The position numbers were made by a program, and so were the translations under genes. A DNA stretch of 64,000 nucleotides, from NCBI RefSeq assembly GCF_006345805.1, contig NC_043017.1, positions 20,212,001 through 20,276,000 on the forward strand. The letters are read 5' to 3'. Within the stretch, counting starts at the first letter, position 1, and every line of letters starts with the position of its first letter. Below the pieces are notes generated by a model that worked only from the letters and a program-made list of their open reading frames with translations, was not told the origin of the DNA and made no database searches. Shown here piece after piece: positions 63,170 to 64,000 of this stretch. Source of the DNA: Octopus sinensis. Its lineage: Eukaryota.

Positions 63170-63590
63170 GTGGTGATGGTGGTAGTGATGGTAGTGGTGG
63201 TGATGGTAACAGTGGTGGAGGAGGTGGTGGTGGTGGTGGTGATGGTTGTGGTGGCGGTGGTGGTGTTGATTTTGGTAGTAGTGAAGGTGATGGTGGTTGT
63301 GGTGATGGTGGTAGTGATGGTAGTGGTGGTGATGGTAACAGTGGTGGAGGAGGTGGTGGTGGTGATTTTGGTAGTAGTGATGGTGGTTGTGGTGGTGGTG
63401 ATGGTGATGGTAGTGGTGGTGATGGCAGTGGTGGTGATGGTGGAGTTGGTGGTGATTTTGGTAGTAGTGATGGTAATGGTGGTGATGGTGGTAGTGATGG
63501 TAGTGGTGGTGATGGTAACAGTGGAGGAGAAGGTGGTGGTGGTTGTGGTGGTGATGGTTGTGGTGGTTGTGATGGTAGCGGTAGAGGGGA
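63170..63590. repeat. Degenerate (GGT/GAT)n tract with higher-order duplications
   Basis: GGTAGTGATGGTAGTGGTGGTGATGGTAACAGTGGTGGAG recurs three times. Confidence 0.9.
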
Positions 63591-64000
63591 GAGCAGGGAG
63601 TAGAAGAATGATAGATGAATGAATGGCTGAATGAATGGATAGATAGATGGATGGTTGGATCAATCAATCAACAGGTAAAGTGGCAGTGGTGGTGGGTGGG
63701 TGTTGCGGCGGAGGTGGTAGTTCTCGGTGAAAGAAAACGAGAAAGAGATGGATGATGAAAGGGAAAAAGTTTGCTTGAGGAGAAGAAGTAGGAATGAAAT
63801 TTCTATGAAGGATACAAAGCTACCCATCAAAACTGCAGTGTATTCAGGTATGACATTGGATCAAACCAATTAAGAACCGGTAAGGTGGGATTCAAGTTCA
63901 AATGTTGGCTAATGCACACATGGAATTGCAATCTCTTAGAAAACGGTTATTTATAAATTTTGGAATGCTTCTGAAAAGATTTCTAAGTTCAATTCCCCAT

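Noticed and set aside
62987-63667. Poly-His, poly-Thr and poly-Val ORFs of 170-226 aa
   Set aside because: Frames of one GGT/GAT repeat tract. No domain or splice support.
63721-63852. Open frame ending in CAG|GTATGA (FSVKENEKEMDDE...TAVYS)
   Set aside because: The upstream AG has no pyrimidine tract, and purine-rich composition explains the lack of stops.

Overview
This is an AT-rich, microsatellite-saturated animal genomic window with one 100-N scaffold gap (29850-29949). The repeat make-up suggests a cephalopod such as Octopus; that is inference from repeat style, not a database match. No host protein-coding gene, tRNA/rRNA gene or CRISPR array is supportable, and nearly all track ORFs are translated (TA)n/(CA)n/(ATC)n tracts or SINE/LINE remnants. 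It reads as a long intron or gene desert built from five kinds of element. (1) Many tRNA-headed SINEs made of shared modules, here labelled A, B, C1/C2, D, E and a V-like SINE; several have 11-17 bp target-site duplications. (2) Decayed non-LTR retrotransposon fragments: RTE/BovB-like, Tx1/L1-like RT with a 260-bp triplication, and two R4/Dong-like restriction-like-endonuclease ends. (3) hAT, piggyBac and foldback MITEs. (4) Six short elements, mostly in (TA)n tracts, with minimal type-I hammerhead-ribozyme-like motifs. (5) A family of AT-rich foldback elements whose arms are identical within a locus but diverged between loci. Items 4 and 5 are the most interesting. SINE and microsatellite boundaries are approximate (about +/-10-20 bp) unless TSDs or TIRs are given.
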